Shown here piece by piece: positions 45,673-54,761 of a DNA stretch of 64,000 nucleotides (its first letter is position 1; every line of letters begins with the position of its first letter). The translations under genes and the position numbers were made by a program. The notes beneath the pieces were generated by a model that had not been told where the DNA came from, made no database searches, and saw only the letters and a program-made list of their open reading frames with translations. Origin of the DNA: an uncultured Chlamydiae bacterium (GTDB lineage Bacteria > Chlamydiota > Chlamydiia > Chlamydiales > Rhabdochlamydiaceae); NCBI GenBank assembly GCA_963718715.1, contig OY970369.1, forward strand, positions 166,302 through 230,301, given 5' to 3'.

Positions 45673-46941
45673 ATGAAAAAAACACGCGCGATCATCTTAG
45701 GTGCCGGTATTTCAGGGTTGGCTTTGGCCCATTATTTGCGAAAAAAACATTGCGACGTGCTGATTTTAGAGAAGGAGGCGCGGGCAGGCGGTGTTTTGTG
45801 GACGGATGAGAGCTCTGATTTTCTCTTTGAAAAGGGGCCGCGCACGTTCCAAGCCTCCCGTTCGCCGGCGCTTTTAACGCTTGCTGATGAGTTGGGGTTG
45901 CGCGAGCAGATCCTCTTTTCTGCCAAAGAGGCGAAAAAGCGCTATCTATGGACAGGGGGACGTCTACACGCCTTGCCTGGATTTTTGGGGACCCCCTGGT
46001 CGGCGGGGTTGATCCGCGCTCTTCTCAAAGAATGGCGTGTGCCGGTCCATCAGGAAGAGGAGTCTGTCTGGGATTTTGCCTGCCGCCGCTTTAATTCTCG
46101 AGTTGCTGAAATGCTCTTCGATCCGCTCGTCCTCGGCATCTATGCAGGGGATTGCAGATCCCTTTCCATGCAGGCTTGCTTTCCTCGGATCAAAGCTTTG
46201 GAAGAAGAGCATGGTTCTTTGACAAAAGCGTTTTTGTCCGCCTCTAAGAAAAAAAAACCAAGAGGGCTGTTCTCTTTTGTCGGCGGGGTGGAGACGCTCG
46301 TCGCTGCTTTGGTGGAAAACAGCGAGGCGCAGATCCTCTTTAATCAACCCGTGCAGGCTTTTCGTTTTCATGAGGATCGCGCAGAGGTCGTCACCTCCAA
46401 TCGGACCTATACGGGGGATTTCGTCTTTAGCGCCCTGCCGCCGCATGAATTGGGCAAATTATTTCAGCCATTGGATCAGGAGATCGCAGAGGCTCTGTGC
46501 AGGATCGAGATGCAGGAACTGGCGGCGGTCAATTTAGGCTATCGCAAACAGGTGCTGCCTCTCAAAGGATTTGGTTATCTCGTCCCATCGCGTGAAAACG
46601 AAGCGGTTTTGGGAGCGGTCTTCGATTCTGCGATTTTTCCGCAGCAGAATAACTTTTCGCAGGAAACGCGCCTGACGGTCATGACCAAAGGACCTGTATC
46701 GACGGCGATCGAAGCGGCGAGAAGACATCTTCAGATCTTAGAGCCTCCCGATTGTGTGCAAATCACCCACGCCGCGGTCCCTCAATATACCCTTGGGTAT
46801 CAAAGGAGAATAGCGGCATTGGAAGAGCATCTGCGCCACCGTTTTCCGCGCTGCCAGGCGATCGGGAATTACCTCAGCGGCGTCTCGGTGAATGATTGCG
46901 TTGCGCATGCGAAAAGAGTGGCTGATGGAAAAGAGTTTTGA
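45673..46941 (+). CDS. hemY: Protoporphyrinogen oxidase (FAD-dependent, HemY type)
   Basis: The FAD-binding N-terminus is AIILGAGISGLALAHYL. The 422-aa length and amine-oxidase-like C-terminus fit. It lies next to hemF. Confidence 0.8.
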   Translation: MKKTRAIILGAGISGLALAHYLRKKHCDVLILEKEARAGGVLWTDESSDFLFEKGPRTFQASRSPALLTLADELGLREQILFSAKEAKKRYLWTGGRLHALPGFLGTPWSAGLIRALLKEWRVPVHQEEESVWDFACRRFNSRVAEMLFDPLVLGIYAGDCRSLSMQACFPRIKALEEEHGSLTKAFLSASKKKKPRGLFSFVGGVETLVAALVENSEAQILFNQPVQAFRFHEDRAEVVTSNRTYTGDFVFSALPPHELGKLFQPLDQEIAEALCRIEMQELAAVNLGYRKQVLPLKGFGYLVPSRENEAVLGAVFDSAIFPQQNNFSQETRLTVMTKGPVSTAIEAARRHLQILEPPDCVQITHAAVPQYTLGYQRRIAALEEHLRHRFPRCQAIGNYLSGVSVNDCVAHAKRVADGKEF

Positions 46942-47815
46942 AAAGGGGATCGGCTTTACCCTGCTCAGCGCTTTTTGCTTGGCGTTGTTTGGTCTTTTTT
47001 CCAAACTCGGGTTAGTAGTCCCTTCGTTTACCCTGCTTCTCTTTTTGCGCTTTTTTGTCCCTTTATTGTTAGTAACCCCTTTCTTAATCTATCTAGGGAC
47101 CTTTAAGAAGATTTTTCCGCTGAAACGGGTTTCCCACCAATGGTGGCGGGCGATCAGCGTCTTGGTTTCCCAGTATTGTTTTTTTTATTACCTTACCCGA
47201 GCGACCCTTCTCGATGCGACGCTCTTGCTCAATACCGGGCCCCTCTACATCCCGATCTTATCGAGAATATTCTACGGCCATCGGATAGGCAAGGTTACCT
47301 GTCTGTGCCTGGCGATTTCTTTTTGTGGAGTGGTGTTGATTTTGAAGCCCACTCAGGGGATTTTCAATCTATTTAGCATTGTAGGATTATTGGCGGGAGT
47401 GGGACAGGGGTTTTCACAGGTATTGTACGGGGCCAATGTGGAAAAGGAAAGCAATGGGGAGAATCTCTTTTACCTCTATTTTTTCACCGCATGCTTGAGT
47501 TTTTTTCCGCTGATCATCGGGAGCAGGATAGATTGGGGAAGCTTTCAAGGGGAGAGTGTGGGCTGGATGGTGGTATGGATCGTGTTGATGAGCGTAGCCA
47601 ATATCGGCAGCCAGGGATTCCGCGGTTTTGCCTATCGGCATGCCAAACCTTCCAGCCTCGCTCCCTTTTTATATACGACGACGTTGTTTGCAGGGCTTTT
47701 CGACTGGGTTATCTTCGGCTCGATCCCCACACTCTTGACGATCATCGGCGCCGGCTTGGTGATTTGCGGAGCCTTCTTGAAATGGTTTTTTAGGACCAGA
47801 ATCTATTCGCCTTAA
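46925..47815 (+). CDS. EamA/DMT-superfamily transporter
   Basis: About 10 transmembrane segments in two EamA-like halves. The start was set at MEKSFEKG; the track's 46892 start lies well inside hemY. Confidence 0.8.
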   Translation: MEKSFEKGIGFTLLSAFCLALFGLFSKLGLVVPSFTLLLFLRFFVPLLLVTPFLIYLGTFKKIFPLKRVSHQWWRAISVLVSQYCFFYYLTRATLLDATLLLNTGPLYIPILSRIFYGHRIGKVTCLCLAISFCGVVLILKPTQGIFNLFSIVGLLAGVGQGFSQVLYGANVEKESNGENLFYLYFFTACLSFFPLIIGSRIDWGSFQGESVGWMVVWIVLMSVANIGSQGFRGFAYRHAKPSSLAPFLYTTTLFAGLFDWVIFGSIPTLLTIIGAGLVICGAFLKWFFRTRIYSP

Positions 47816-47816
47816 G

Positions 47817-48482
47817 TTATCTACAGAGAAGAGGATGGCGGTCGTTTCTGAGCAGGTCGCCGAAAACGTAGCCCTGTTTTTTGAGAGCGTGGGTGTGCGG
47901 GTCGTTTTTTTCAGAGACGTAGAGGGTTTTTTCTCCGCAATAGACGATGAGGAGCAGATGCAGGCGGGGAATTTGGAAAAGAGAGGGAAAGGGAAGGGGA
48001 AAATGGGGTTTGATGAAAATGCCGCTGCCCGCCGGATGTGAAAAGGGGAAGGAAGGAGGGGGAGAGGGAGATAATTGCAAAATGAGCCCCCCCGCGATCG
48101 TTTGCAGGCAGCTAATTTGCTGCAGGGCAAAGTTCTCTAAAAAGGGAGGTCCCGTGATAGGGCCGGTGCGCCAGCTTTGATCGTAGCCTAAGCGAAGGTT
48201 TTTTTTTTTAAACAGCACAGAGGCGATCTCGGCCAAACGGGGAGCGGCCACCTGTTTTTTGATGGCAGGGTCGTCGCGCCAGAGGTCTCTTCCGGCCAGG
48301 AAGAGCTCTTGCGCGCTTTTCCGATCGAGGTCGGATTTCTTGATTTTCAGGCGTTTGGCTAGGACCTCGTCGATGTGTTGGCGCAAGCTTTCCACTTCAT
48401 CCTGCGAGAGGAGCTCTTCGAACTCGATAAAGGCGTTCTTCGCGAAAAAATCGCGGTGTTCAGAAGCGAGAGCGAATTTCAT
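47817..48482 (-). CDS. Hypothetical protein, translationally coupled to dapL
   Basis: 221 aa. The ATG overlaps the dapL stop (ATGA). The N-terminus loosely resembles PhyH-type dioxygenases, but I saw no HxD…H iron motif. Confidence 0.6.
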   Translation of the reverse strand: MKFALASEHRDFFAKNAFIEFEELLSQDEVESLRQHIDEVLAKRLKIKKSDLDRKSAQELFLAGRDLWRDDPAIKKQVAAPRLAEIASVLFKKKNLRLGYDQSWRTGPITGPPFLENFALQQISCLQTIAGGLILQLSPSPPPSFPFSHPAGSGIFIKPHFPLPFPSLFQIPRLHLLLIVYCGEKTLYVSEKNDPHTHALKKQGYVFGDLLRNDRHPLLCR

Positions 48483-49669
48483 AAAGTTTTGATCCGTTTT
48501 AGGGCTTCTGAGGCTATTGCAGGGGTCGTGAAGGCAGAGAGACGCACGTAGCCTTCGCCGGATGGGCCAAACCCTTTACCGGGAATAGAGATCAGATGGC
48601 ACTTTTCTAACAGATAGTCGAAAAATTGCCACGAGCTGAACCCTTGAGGGATTTTCCACCAAATGTAAGGCGCATCTATGCCGCCATCGCAGAAATGGCC
48701 CATTTCTAACAGCCCCTCGCGCAACAGGCGCGCCTGCTTGAGGTAGATACCGATCTGTTCTGCTATTTGCCGTTTCCCCTCCTGGCTATAAACCGCCTCC
48801 GCGCCCTTTTGAATCGGGTAGGCGACGCCGTTAAATTTTGTCGATTGCCGCCGTTCCCATAAGGGATGCAGGGAAACCGTTTTTCGCCCGAGATGGGCGC
48901 GGACCGATTTGGGGAGGATGGTATAAGCGCAGCGCAGTCCGGTAAATCCCGCCGATTTGGAAAAGCTGCGGAATTCGATGGCTACCTCCCGAGCGCCTTC
49001 TATTTCAAAGATGCTGCGCGGAATGTCCGGAGAGGTGATAAAGGCGGCATAGGCGTTATCATAGAGGAGAACGGCTCCCTCCTTGCGCGCGTAATCGACC
49101 CAGGCTTTGAGTTCGCCTTTTGTCATGGCAACGCCGGTTGGATTGCTCGGCGAACAGAGGAAGACGAGATCGCAATGCGTTTCAGGGGGTTTAGGAATAA
49201 AGCGGCTTTCCTGCGTGCAGGGCAAAAAAAGGATTTTCGATGCACGCCCCGCCATCACATTGGCGTCGAGATAAACGGGATAGGTGGGATCGGGGATCGC
49301 CAGTAGATTGTTGGGGCCGAACAATTCCTGGATGTTAGCGGTATCGCTATTGGCGCCATCGGAGATAAAGATCTCCTCGGGAGCAATGCCTAAGTGCGCA
49401 TATTCGTGTTTCTGGATCGTCTGGCGCAAGAAAGGATACCCCTCCGCCGGCCCGTACCCGCGCAGGGTATCGGGTTGCCCCATCTCGTGGACGGCGGAGC
49501 AGATTGCCGACACGATCTTAGGGGCAAGGGGCAGGGCGGTATCGCCGATGCTCAGATTGAGGATCGAGGCCTCTTTGCAGCTTGCCTTGCATTCCGCCAC
49601 CTTCCGTTCGATGACAGGAAAAAGATATTCGCCGCGCAACTTCTGATAGTGGGTATTAATTTGAGCCAT
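48479..49669 (-). CDS. dapL: LL-diaminopimelate aminotransferase
   Basis: YLFPVIERKV, NLSIGDTALPL, LRGYGPAEGYPFLRQ, IFISDGANSD and IPDPTYPVYLD parallel Chlamydia trachomatis CT390 (DapL). Confidence 0.9.
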   Translation of the reverse strand: MAQINTHYQKLRGEYLFPVIERKVAECKASCKEASILNLSIGDTALPLAPKIVSAICSAVHEMGQPDTLRGYGPAEGYPFLRQTIQKHEYAHLGIAPEEIFISDGANSDTANIQELFGPNNLLAIPDPTYPVYLDANVMAGRASKILFLPCTQESRFIPKPPETHCDLVFLCSPSNPTGVAMTKGELKAWVDYARKEGAVLLYDNAYAAFITSPDIPRSIFEIEGAREVAIEFRSFSKSAGFTGLRCAYTILPKSVRAHLGRKTVSLHPLWERRQSTKFNGVAYPIQKGAEAVYSQEGKRQIAEQIGIYLKQARLLREGLLEMGHFCDGGIDAPYIWWKIPQGFSSWQFFDYLLEKCHLISIPGKGFGPSGEGYVRLSAFTTPAIASEALKRIKTL

Positions 49670-49746
49670 TATCTCAACTTTTAGTAAAGGGGTAGCGCCA
49701 TTTTATCCCGTTTTCGTAAAAGACTCAAGTTGTTAGAATTGTCCTT

Positions 49747-50454
49747 ATGAATTCGATTGAAACCCTGATCCCTCATTTCCCGGCGATTGAAAGCCGCATC
49801 GGTTATGTCTTTAATAATAAACAGCTCCTCGCTTTGGCTTTTGTACATAGATCTTTTTTTAATGAACACCGGGATCTGATCGACCAGCATAACGAACGGC
49901 TCGAATTTTTAGGCGATTCTGTGCTCGGGCTGATCATTTCCGATTATCTCTACGAATACCTCCCTTCGCATGCCGAAGGGCATTTATCCCATCTGCGCTC
50001 CCATCTGGTCGAGGCTTCCTCTTGCGTGACCTATGTGCAGAAGCTCTTTCTGGAAGAGTACATTCTTCTTGGCAAAGGGGAGCGGATGAATGACGGAAGG
50101 GGACGGGAGAGCATTCTGGCAGATCTTTTCGAGGCGTTGATCGGCGCGATTTATCTCGATGGGGGCTTAGAAGAGGCGAAGCGGTTTTTCTTCAGGCATT
50201 TTTATGAAAATGTAGAAAACGCGTTGAGCGATCCTTTGCGCAACTGGAAAGCGGAGCTGCAAGACTATTCGCAAAAAAAATACCAGAAGCCTCCCACTTA
50301 CAAGGTCATGAAAGAGATGGGCCCCGATCACAGCAAAATCTTTCATGTCGTCGCTTGTATCGACGATCAAGAAGTAGGGCGCGGCGAGGGGTCTTCGAAA
50401 AAACAAGCGGAACAAGCCGCTGCTGAGGATGCGCTCCGCAAAATCCATGTCTAA
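49747..50454 (+). CDS. rnc: Ribonuclease III
   Basis: The signature is NERLEFLGDSVLGLIISDYLY. A C-terminal dsRBD carries GSSKKQAEQAAAEDAL. Confidence 0.93.
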   Translation: MNSIETLIPHFPAIESRIGYVFNNKQLLALAFVHRSFFNEHRDLIDQHNERLEFLGDSVLGLIISDYLYEYLPSHAEGHLSHLRSHLVEASSCVTYVQKLFLEEYILLGKGERMNDGRGRESILADLFEALIGAIYLDGGLEEAKRFFFRHFYENVENALSDPLRNWKAELQDYSQKKYQKPPTYKVMKEMGPDHSKIFHVVACIDDQEVGRGEGSSKKQAEQAAAEDALRKIHV

Positions 50455-51817
50455 GCAAAAACAAATTTGGAGTTGCAAAGAGTGTGGGCATAAGCAGCTG
50501 AAATGGGCTGGAAATTGTTCCGTGTGCCAGAAATGGAATACGTTTGCGGAGGAGATCGAGTTTGAGGAGAAGCCCCGCCGCTTTGAAGCGCTGCGCAAAG
50601 AGATCGCCCAGCCGCGCCGCTTAAGCGAGATCGACGGCGCCCAGTTTCAGCGGTTCTCGACGCAGATGCCCGAATTGGACCGTCTTCTCGGCGGCGGAAT
50701 CGTTGCAGGTTCCCTCACGCTGATTGGAGGAGATCCCGGAATCGGCAAGTCTACCCTTTTATTGCAGGTTGCAGAGAAACTGGCGCAGCAGGGGCTTGTT
50801 GTTCTATACATCTGCGGGGAAGAGTCGGCAGAGCAGACTTCGCTCAGGGCGGCGCGGCTTAATATCTCTAGCGAACAGCTCTATTTGCTTAGCGAAACGC
50901 TCTTTTCGCACATCAAGGCGCACGTGGATCGCCTAAAGCCCGATATCCTGATCGTCGACTCGATCCAAATTCTCTATAAGAGCGAGATCCCCTCCTCTCC
51001 GGGCAGTGTGAGCCAAGTGCGCGAGCTCGCTACCGAATTCATGCACCTTTCTAAGGGGCTAGGGATTTCGACTTTTCTCATTGGCCACGTGACCAAATCG
51101 GGTGAAATTGCCGGCCCTCGCGTCTTAGAGCACATTGTCGATACGGTGCTCGAGTTCGAAGGAGACCGGCAACACGGCTACCGGATGCTGCGCGCGATGA
51201 AAAACCGCTTTGGCCCCACGGACGATATCGCCCTTTTTCAAATGGGCATGGAGGGGCTTTCCGAGGTGAAAAATCCCTCCATCCTTTTTTTGCAGGAGCG
51301 GGCGAAGGAGTCGGCGGGCTCGGCAATTATCCCCACCATTGAAGGCACGCGCGCAATCCTCATCGAAGTACAAGCGTTGGTGGCCGCTTCCGCGTTTGCG
51401 ACTTCGACGCGCCGCTCGACGGGGCTCGATCAAAACCGGTTGGCGCTCCTTCTCGCCGTTTTAGAAAAACGGGTAGGGTATCAGCTCCATCACTGCGATG
51501 TATTCGTTTCGGTCGCCGGCGGAATGAAAATCGTCGAACCGGCCATCGATCTCGGCATCCTGATGGCGATCGCCTCTTCATTTTGCAACAAGCCGATCGA
51601 TCCGGAAATGGTGATTCTCGGAGAGGTAGGCCTTGGCGGCGAGGTGCGGAGCGTACCCCGCATCGAAAGCCGGATCAAAGAGGCGATCCATATGGGATTC
51701 CGCCAGTGCCTGTTGCCCAAAAGAAATTTAAGAGGCCTTTCGCAAGAATTGTTTCAAAAAATCAGCCTGCACGGTATCGATATGGTGGATGAGGCGATCC
51801 ATGCGTTCATCCGATAA
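50447..51817 (+). CDS. radA: DNA repair protein RadA/Sms
   Basis: The zinc finger is CKECGH…CSVCQKWN, Walker A is GGDPGIGKSTLLLQ and the KNRFG motif is present. A Lon-like C-terminus follows. The start was set at MSKQKQIW and overlaps the rnc end by 8 nt. Confidence 0.95.
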   Translation: MSKQKQIWSCKECGHKQLKWAGNCSVCQKWNTFAEEIEFEEKPRRFEALRKEIAQPRRLSEIDGAQFQRFSTQMPELDRLLGGGIVAGSLTLIGGDPGIGKSTLLLQVAEKLAQQGLVVLYICGEESAEQTSLRAARLNISSEQLYLLSETLFSHIKAHVDRLKPDILIVDSIQILYKSEIPSSPGSVSQVRELATEFMHLSKGLGISTFLIGHVTKSGEIAGPRVLEHIVDTVLEFEGDRQHGYRMLRAMKNRFGPTDDIALFQMGMEGLSEVKNPSILFLQERAKESAGSAIIPTIEGTRAILIEVQALVAASAFATSTRRSTGLDQNRLALLLAVLEKRVGYQLHHCDVFVSVAGGMKIVEPAIDLGILMAIASSFCNKPIDPEMVILGEVGLGGEVRSVPRIESRIKEAIHMGFRQCLLPKRNLRGLSQELFQKISLHGIDMVDEAIHAFIR

Positions 51818-52448
51818 TTTGAAAGTAGGCGCCCGCTCTTCCCGCTTGTCGAAAGCCCAAGTGGAGGAGGTGTTCAGCGAGCTTAGCGCTTTTCATCCCT
51901 GCATCGAGTGGGTGCCCACCTGGATAGAAACCACAGGCGATGCCGATCTGAAGACCTCTCTGCGCACGTTAGGCAAAACCGATTTTTTCACCCGCGAGAT
52001 CGACCAGTTGCAAAAAGAGGGGGCTTTTCGCATCAGCATCCACTCCGCTAAAGATCTGCCGGAGCCCTTAGCTCCGGGCCTAGCGATGGTCGCCTTAACT
52101 AAAGGGGTCGATCCCTCCGATAGCCTGGTATTTAATACCCCCTTGCCTCCTCGAGCGCGGATCGGTGCCTCTTGCGAGAGAAGAGATCTTCTGGTGAAGG
52201 CGCTTTATCCCGATGCGATCTGCCTCGATATACGCGGTGCCATCGACCGGCGGCTTGCCCTACTCGACGCCGGAGAGTTCGATGGAGTGGTCATCGCCGA
52301 GGCAGCGCTGATCCGCTTGCAATGGACCCACCGCCGCCGAATTTCCCTCATCGGGAAAACCGCTCCCCTGCAAGGACAGCTAGCCGTGATCGCCAGAGAG
52401 GGCGATCTGGAAATGGCGCAACTCTTTGCCTGTATCGACACAAGATGA
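51801..52448 (+). CDS. hemC: Hydroxymethylbilane synthase (porphobilinogen deaminase), short form
   Basis: Matching segments are KVGARSSRLSKAQ, ETTGDADL, TREIDQLQKEGAFRISIHSAKDLP. It appears to lack most of the C-terminal domain 3. The start could be 51789 or 51801; a GAGG Shine-Dalgarno favours 51801. Confidence 0.8.
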   Translation: MRSSDNLKVGARSSRLSKAQVEEVFSELSAFHPCIEWVPTWIETTGDADLKTSLRTLGKTDFFTREIDQLQKEGAFRISIHSAKDLPEPLAPGLAMVALTKGVDPSDSLVFNTPLPPRARIGASCERRDLLVKALYPDAICLDIRGAIDRRLALLDAGEFDGVVIAEAALIRLQWTHRRRISLIGKTAPLQGQLAVIAREGDLEMAQLFACIDTR

Positions 52449-53098
52449 GAACGATTTTGTATTTAGGTTCCGATCCTTCCCAGTTTAAATCGGAGGGGCG
52501 CGTGATCCACTGGCCCGTCATCCGGATCGTGCCGCGCACCATCCGCTCTCCGGAGATCCAAAGGGCGTTCGCCGATCTGGGCGATTATTCCCATCTCATT
52601 TTTATGAGCAAACATGCGGTCCTCGTTTTTTTCGAACACCTCTCTCAATGCGGATGGGAGGAAAAAATCATCCAGGGCAAACACATTTCGGCAATCGGCA
52701 GCACCACTGCTTTTCATTTAGAGAAGCGGGGATTTCAGCCCGATCTCGTCGCCAAAGAGGAAACCCAGGAAGGGCTGATCGCCGCCCTTCAGGCTGAGGA
52801 CTTGGAAGGGGCTTACATTTTTCTCCCCCGCTCTTCCCGCTCGCGGCCGCTTTTGGTCGATTTTTTCGTGGAAAGAAGCGTGCGCCATCGCGCATGCGAC
52901 CTCTATGATACCCTTCCCCAGCGCCCCGACCCCCTTCCCGATCTGCAGCAAGTGGATGAAATCATCTTTACCAGCCCCTCGACGGTGGAGGCCTTTTTTT
53001 CGATCTACTCCTCTCTGCCCGAAGGGATTAAGCTCACCGCAATAGGCCCCGTCACCCAAGAGGCTATAGAACAAGCAGGACTCAAAAATTGGTTTTAG
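52445..53098 (+). CDS. hemD: Uroporphyrinogen-III synthase
   Basis: The HemD-like pattern includes PVIRIVP…YSHLIFMSKHAV and IIFTSPSTVEAF. The ATG overlaps the hemC stop (ATGA). The track's longer ORF (52172) is an out-of-frame overlap with hemC. Confidence 0.75.
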   Translation: MRTILYLGSDPSQFKSEGRVIHWPVIRIVPRTIRSPEIQRAFADLGDYSHLIFMSKHAVLVFFEHLSQCGWEEKIIQGKHISAIGSTTAFHLEKRGFQPDLVAKEETQEGLIAALQAEDLEGAYIFLPRSSRSRPLLVDFFVERSVRHRACDLYDTLPQRPDPLPDLQQVDEIIFTSPSTVEAFFSIYSSLPEGIKLTAIGPVTQEAIEQAGLKNWF

Positions 53099-53132
53099 GA
53101 CAGCTTCTAAAAGACTGCATAAGGTCAACGGG

Positions 53133-53209
53133 GAGAGCAACGCGAAGACGCGGAGTCACAAGGACGCAAAGATTTTATAATTTTCTCAATTTTCTCCGCA
53201 TCTGCGCAG
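53133..53209. repeat. Solo arm related to the outer arms of the nested palindromic elements
   Basis: GAGAGCAACGCGAAGACGCGGAGTCACAAGGACGCAAAGATTTT resembles the copy-1 arm GAGCAACGCAAAGGCGCCAAGCCGCTGAGACGCAAAGAG. CTCCGCATCTGCGCAG resembles the arms of the 28196-28416 element. Confidence 0.4.
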
Positions 53210-53215
53210 TTCTAC

Positions 53216-53575
53216 TCACACATGTTTTCTGCGACCCGGCTTACGCACAGTCGGTGACGAAAGGAGCTGTTGAATACCCTGTTTGATCCATGCATTAAGG
53301 CTAACTCCGTTGTTCCTCGCTTCATAAGCAGCTTTTTCATGCAGTTCAGGAGGCAAACGCAACATAAGATTTCCAGAAAACGGTTTCTCTGGAGTTCTTC
53401 CAAGCTCCTTGCAAAAATCGAGATACTCGTCCACAGAATCTTTAAAAGCTTGTTCCAACTCTTCTACAGAAGTGCCCTGAAACGTAACTACGTCCCTTAA
53501 TCCGACGACTTCTCCATGGAAGAGCTTGGCATCTTCATCATAAACAACTTGTCCTTGGTATCCTTTGTACTTCAT
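53216..53575 (-). CDS. hicB: HicB-family antitoxin
   Basis: Typical HicB segments are MKYKGYQGQVVYDEDAKLFHGEVVGLRDVVTFQGTSVEELEQAF and a C-terminal RHH-like PEKPFSGNLMLRLPPELHEKAA. Confidence 0.88.
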   Translation of the reverse strand: MKYKGYQGQVVYDEDAKLFHGEVVGLRDVVTFQGTSVEELEQAFKDSVDEYLDFCKELGRTPEKPFSGNLMLRLPPELHEKAAYEARNNGVSLNAWIKQGIQQLLSSPTVRKPGRRKHV

Positions 53576-53826
53576 GGCTTTACTCCTGCTTCTTCTAAAA
53601 AACGACGAACTGAGACCAGTGCACCCTTATCTGTCTCCTTTTGAGGATGCGGTCTGTGAAATACAGAAACACGGTCATTGAGACATATCTTTACTCTAGA
53701 TCCGCGCCCTTCACTGACACTTGCCCCTAAACTGATAAACAGAGATTCAATATCACTCCATTTTACATTTGACAGAACTGGCGTATGGAAAATTGCTCTG
53801 AGAGTGTCGGCATGCTTCTTTCTCAT
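53572..53826 (-). CDS. hicA: HicA-family mRNA-interferase toxin
   Basis: Matching segments are TLRAIF…VKWSDIESLFISLGA…GRGSRV…FHRPHPQKE…RRFLEEAGV. The stop overlaps the hicB ATG (ATGA). The start was set at MRKKHADTL. Confidence 0.85.
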   Translation of the reverse strand: MRKKHADTLRAIFHTPVLSNVKWSDIESLFISLGASVSEGRGSRVKICLNDRVSVFHRPHPQKETDKGALVSVRRFLEEAGVKP

Positions 53827-53833
53827 GATTTTA

Positions 53834-53862
53834 ATGATATCATAGTGTGATACTATTGTCAA
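53834..53862 (-). promoter_or_regulatory. Candidate hicAB promoter TTGACA-N17-TATCAT, predicting a (near-)leaderless mRNA
   Basis: On the minus strand, TTGACA is at 53862-53857, the spacer is 17 nt and TATCAT is at 53839-53834. Only 7 nt separate the -10 from the ATG at 53826, and there is no Shine-Dalgarno. Confidence 0.4.
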
Positions 53863-53957
53863 TTCTCACCGATGATCGCCCATCAGCAGATTCCTAACCC
53901 GCTCATAATTAACAATTTTTGTCGACTTTGATTATCAGAGACACATGTCATTTTGTT

Positions 53958-54046
53958 ATGAGTCAATATGAGTCAATATGAGTCAATATGAGACAATTGA
54001 AACAATCTTTTTTGTAGAATTGACTCAATTGTCTCTTTGAGTCAAT
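53958..54046. repeat. Iteron-like array of the motif (A)TGAG(T/A)CAAT: four direct tandem 10-mers plus inverted and direct copies
   Basis: ATGAGTCAAT occurs 3 times, followed by ATGAGACAAT (53958-53997). ATTGACTCAATTGTCTC (54019-54035) contains two inverted copies. TGAGTCAAT (54038-54046) is a further direct copy. Confidence 0.85.
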
Positions 54047-54146
54047 CTATAAAGAGGGAATGATGAAGCATCCCGACGGCCTTTGTTGCTTATAATTTCT
54101 TGGGAGCGGTATGATGCGTGAGCCCATTTAACCAGGAGATTGAACA

Positions 54147-54761
54147 ATGGCTGCCCCCTCTTCTTATAAGCTGCCCGATTTACCCTACGATTTCAATGCG
54201 TTGGAGCCCGTGATTTCCGCCGAGATCATGCAGTTGCACTATAGCAAGCACCATCAGGGCTATGTGACCAACCTCAATATAGCTCTCGAAAAGTACCATG
54301 AGGCGGAAGCCAAGAATGATCTCGCTGCGATGATCAGCCTCCAGCAGGCGATCAGATTCAATGGCGGCGGACATGTCAATCACAGCATTTTCTGGACAAC
54401 CTTGGCTCCCGTGGGCAATGGGGGAGGAGGGGAGCCTAAGGGAGAGCTCGCCGAGGCGATCCAGCGCGAGTTTGGTTCTTTTGAAAGCTTTGTCGAAAAA
54501 ATGAGCGCTCTCAGCGTAGGCATTCAGGGATCTGGCTGGGGCTGGCTCGGCTATCACAAGGCAAACGGGCGTTTGGCGCTGGCGAGCTGTGCGAACCAAG
54601 ATCCCTTAAGCACCCAGGGTTTAATCCCTTTGCTCGGCATCGATGTCTGGGAGCATGCGTACTATCTTCAATATAAAAATGTGCGCCCCGAATATGTGAA
54701 AAATATTTGGAAAGTGGTCAATTGGAAGGATGTGGAAGAGAGATTTCGCCACGCTAAGTAA
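54147..54761 (+). CDS. sodA: Superoxide dismutase (Mn/Fe family)
   Basis: Matching segments are [41 protein letters not shown] and [13 protein letters not shown]. Confidence 0.95.
   Translation: MAAPSSYKLPDLPYDFNALEPVISAEIMQLHYSKHHQGYVTNLNIALEKYHEAEAKNDLAAMISLQQAIRFNGGGHVNHSIFWTTLAPVGNGGGGEPKGELAEAIQREFGSFESFVEKMSALSVGIQGSGWGWLGYHKANGRLALASCANQDPLSTQGLIPLLGIDVWEHAYYLQYKNVRPEYVKNIWKVVNWKDVEERFRHAK

Noticed and set aside
47817-48482. Phytanoyl-CoA dioxygenase (PhyH) annotation for the 221-aa protein
   Set aside because: Only the N-terminal ~40 residues resemble PhyH. I could not find the HxD…H iron-binding motif, and the middle is Pro/Ser-rich low complexity. It was left as hypothetical.
52172-53098. 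Long track ORFs with N-terminal extensions (52172-53098, 36268-37401, 59108-60493, 13456-14916, 14846-15430, 11446-11886, 40864-42108)
   Set aside because: The extensions overlap the upstream gene or a repeat, have arginine/proline-rich shadow-frame composition, and internal starts with Shine-Dalgarno or ATGA coupling fit homologue N-termini. The starts were trimmed.
53958-54046. Possible CRISPR array (also considered for the dispersed palindromes)
   Set aside because: The 10-nt units are contiguous with no spacers. The long palindromes are not regularly spaced and share no repeat-spacer periodicity. No cas genes are present in the window.
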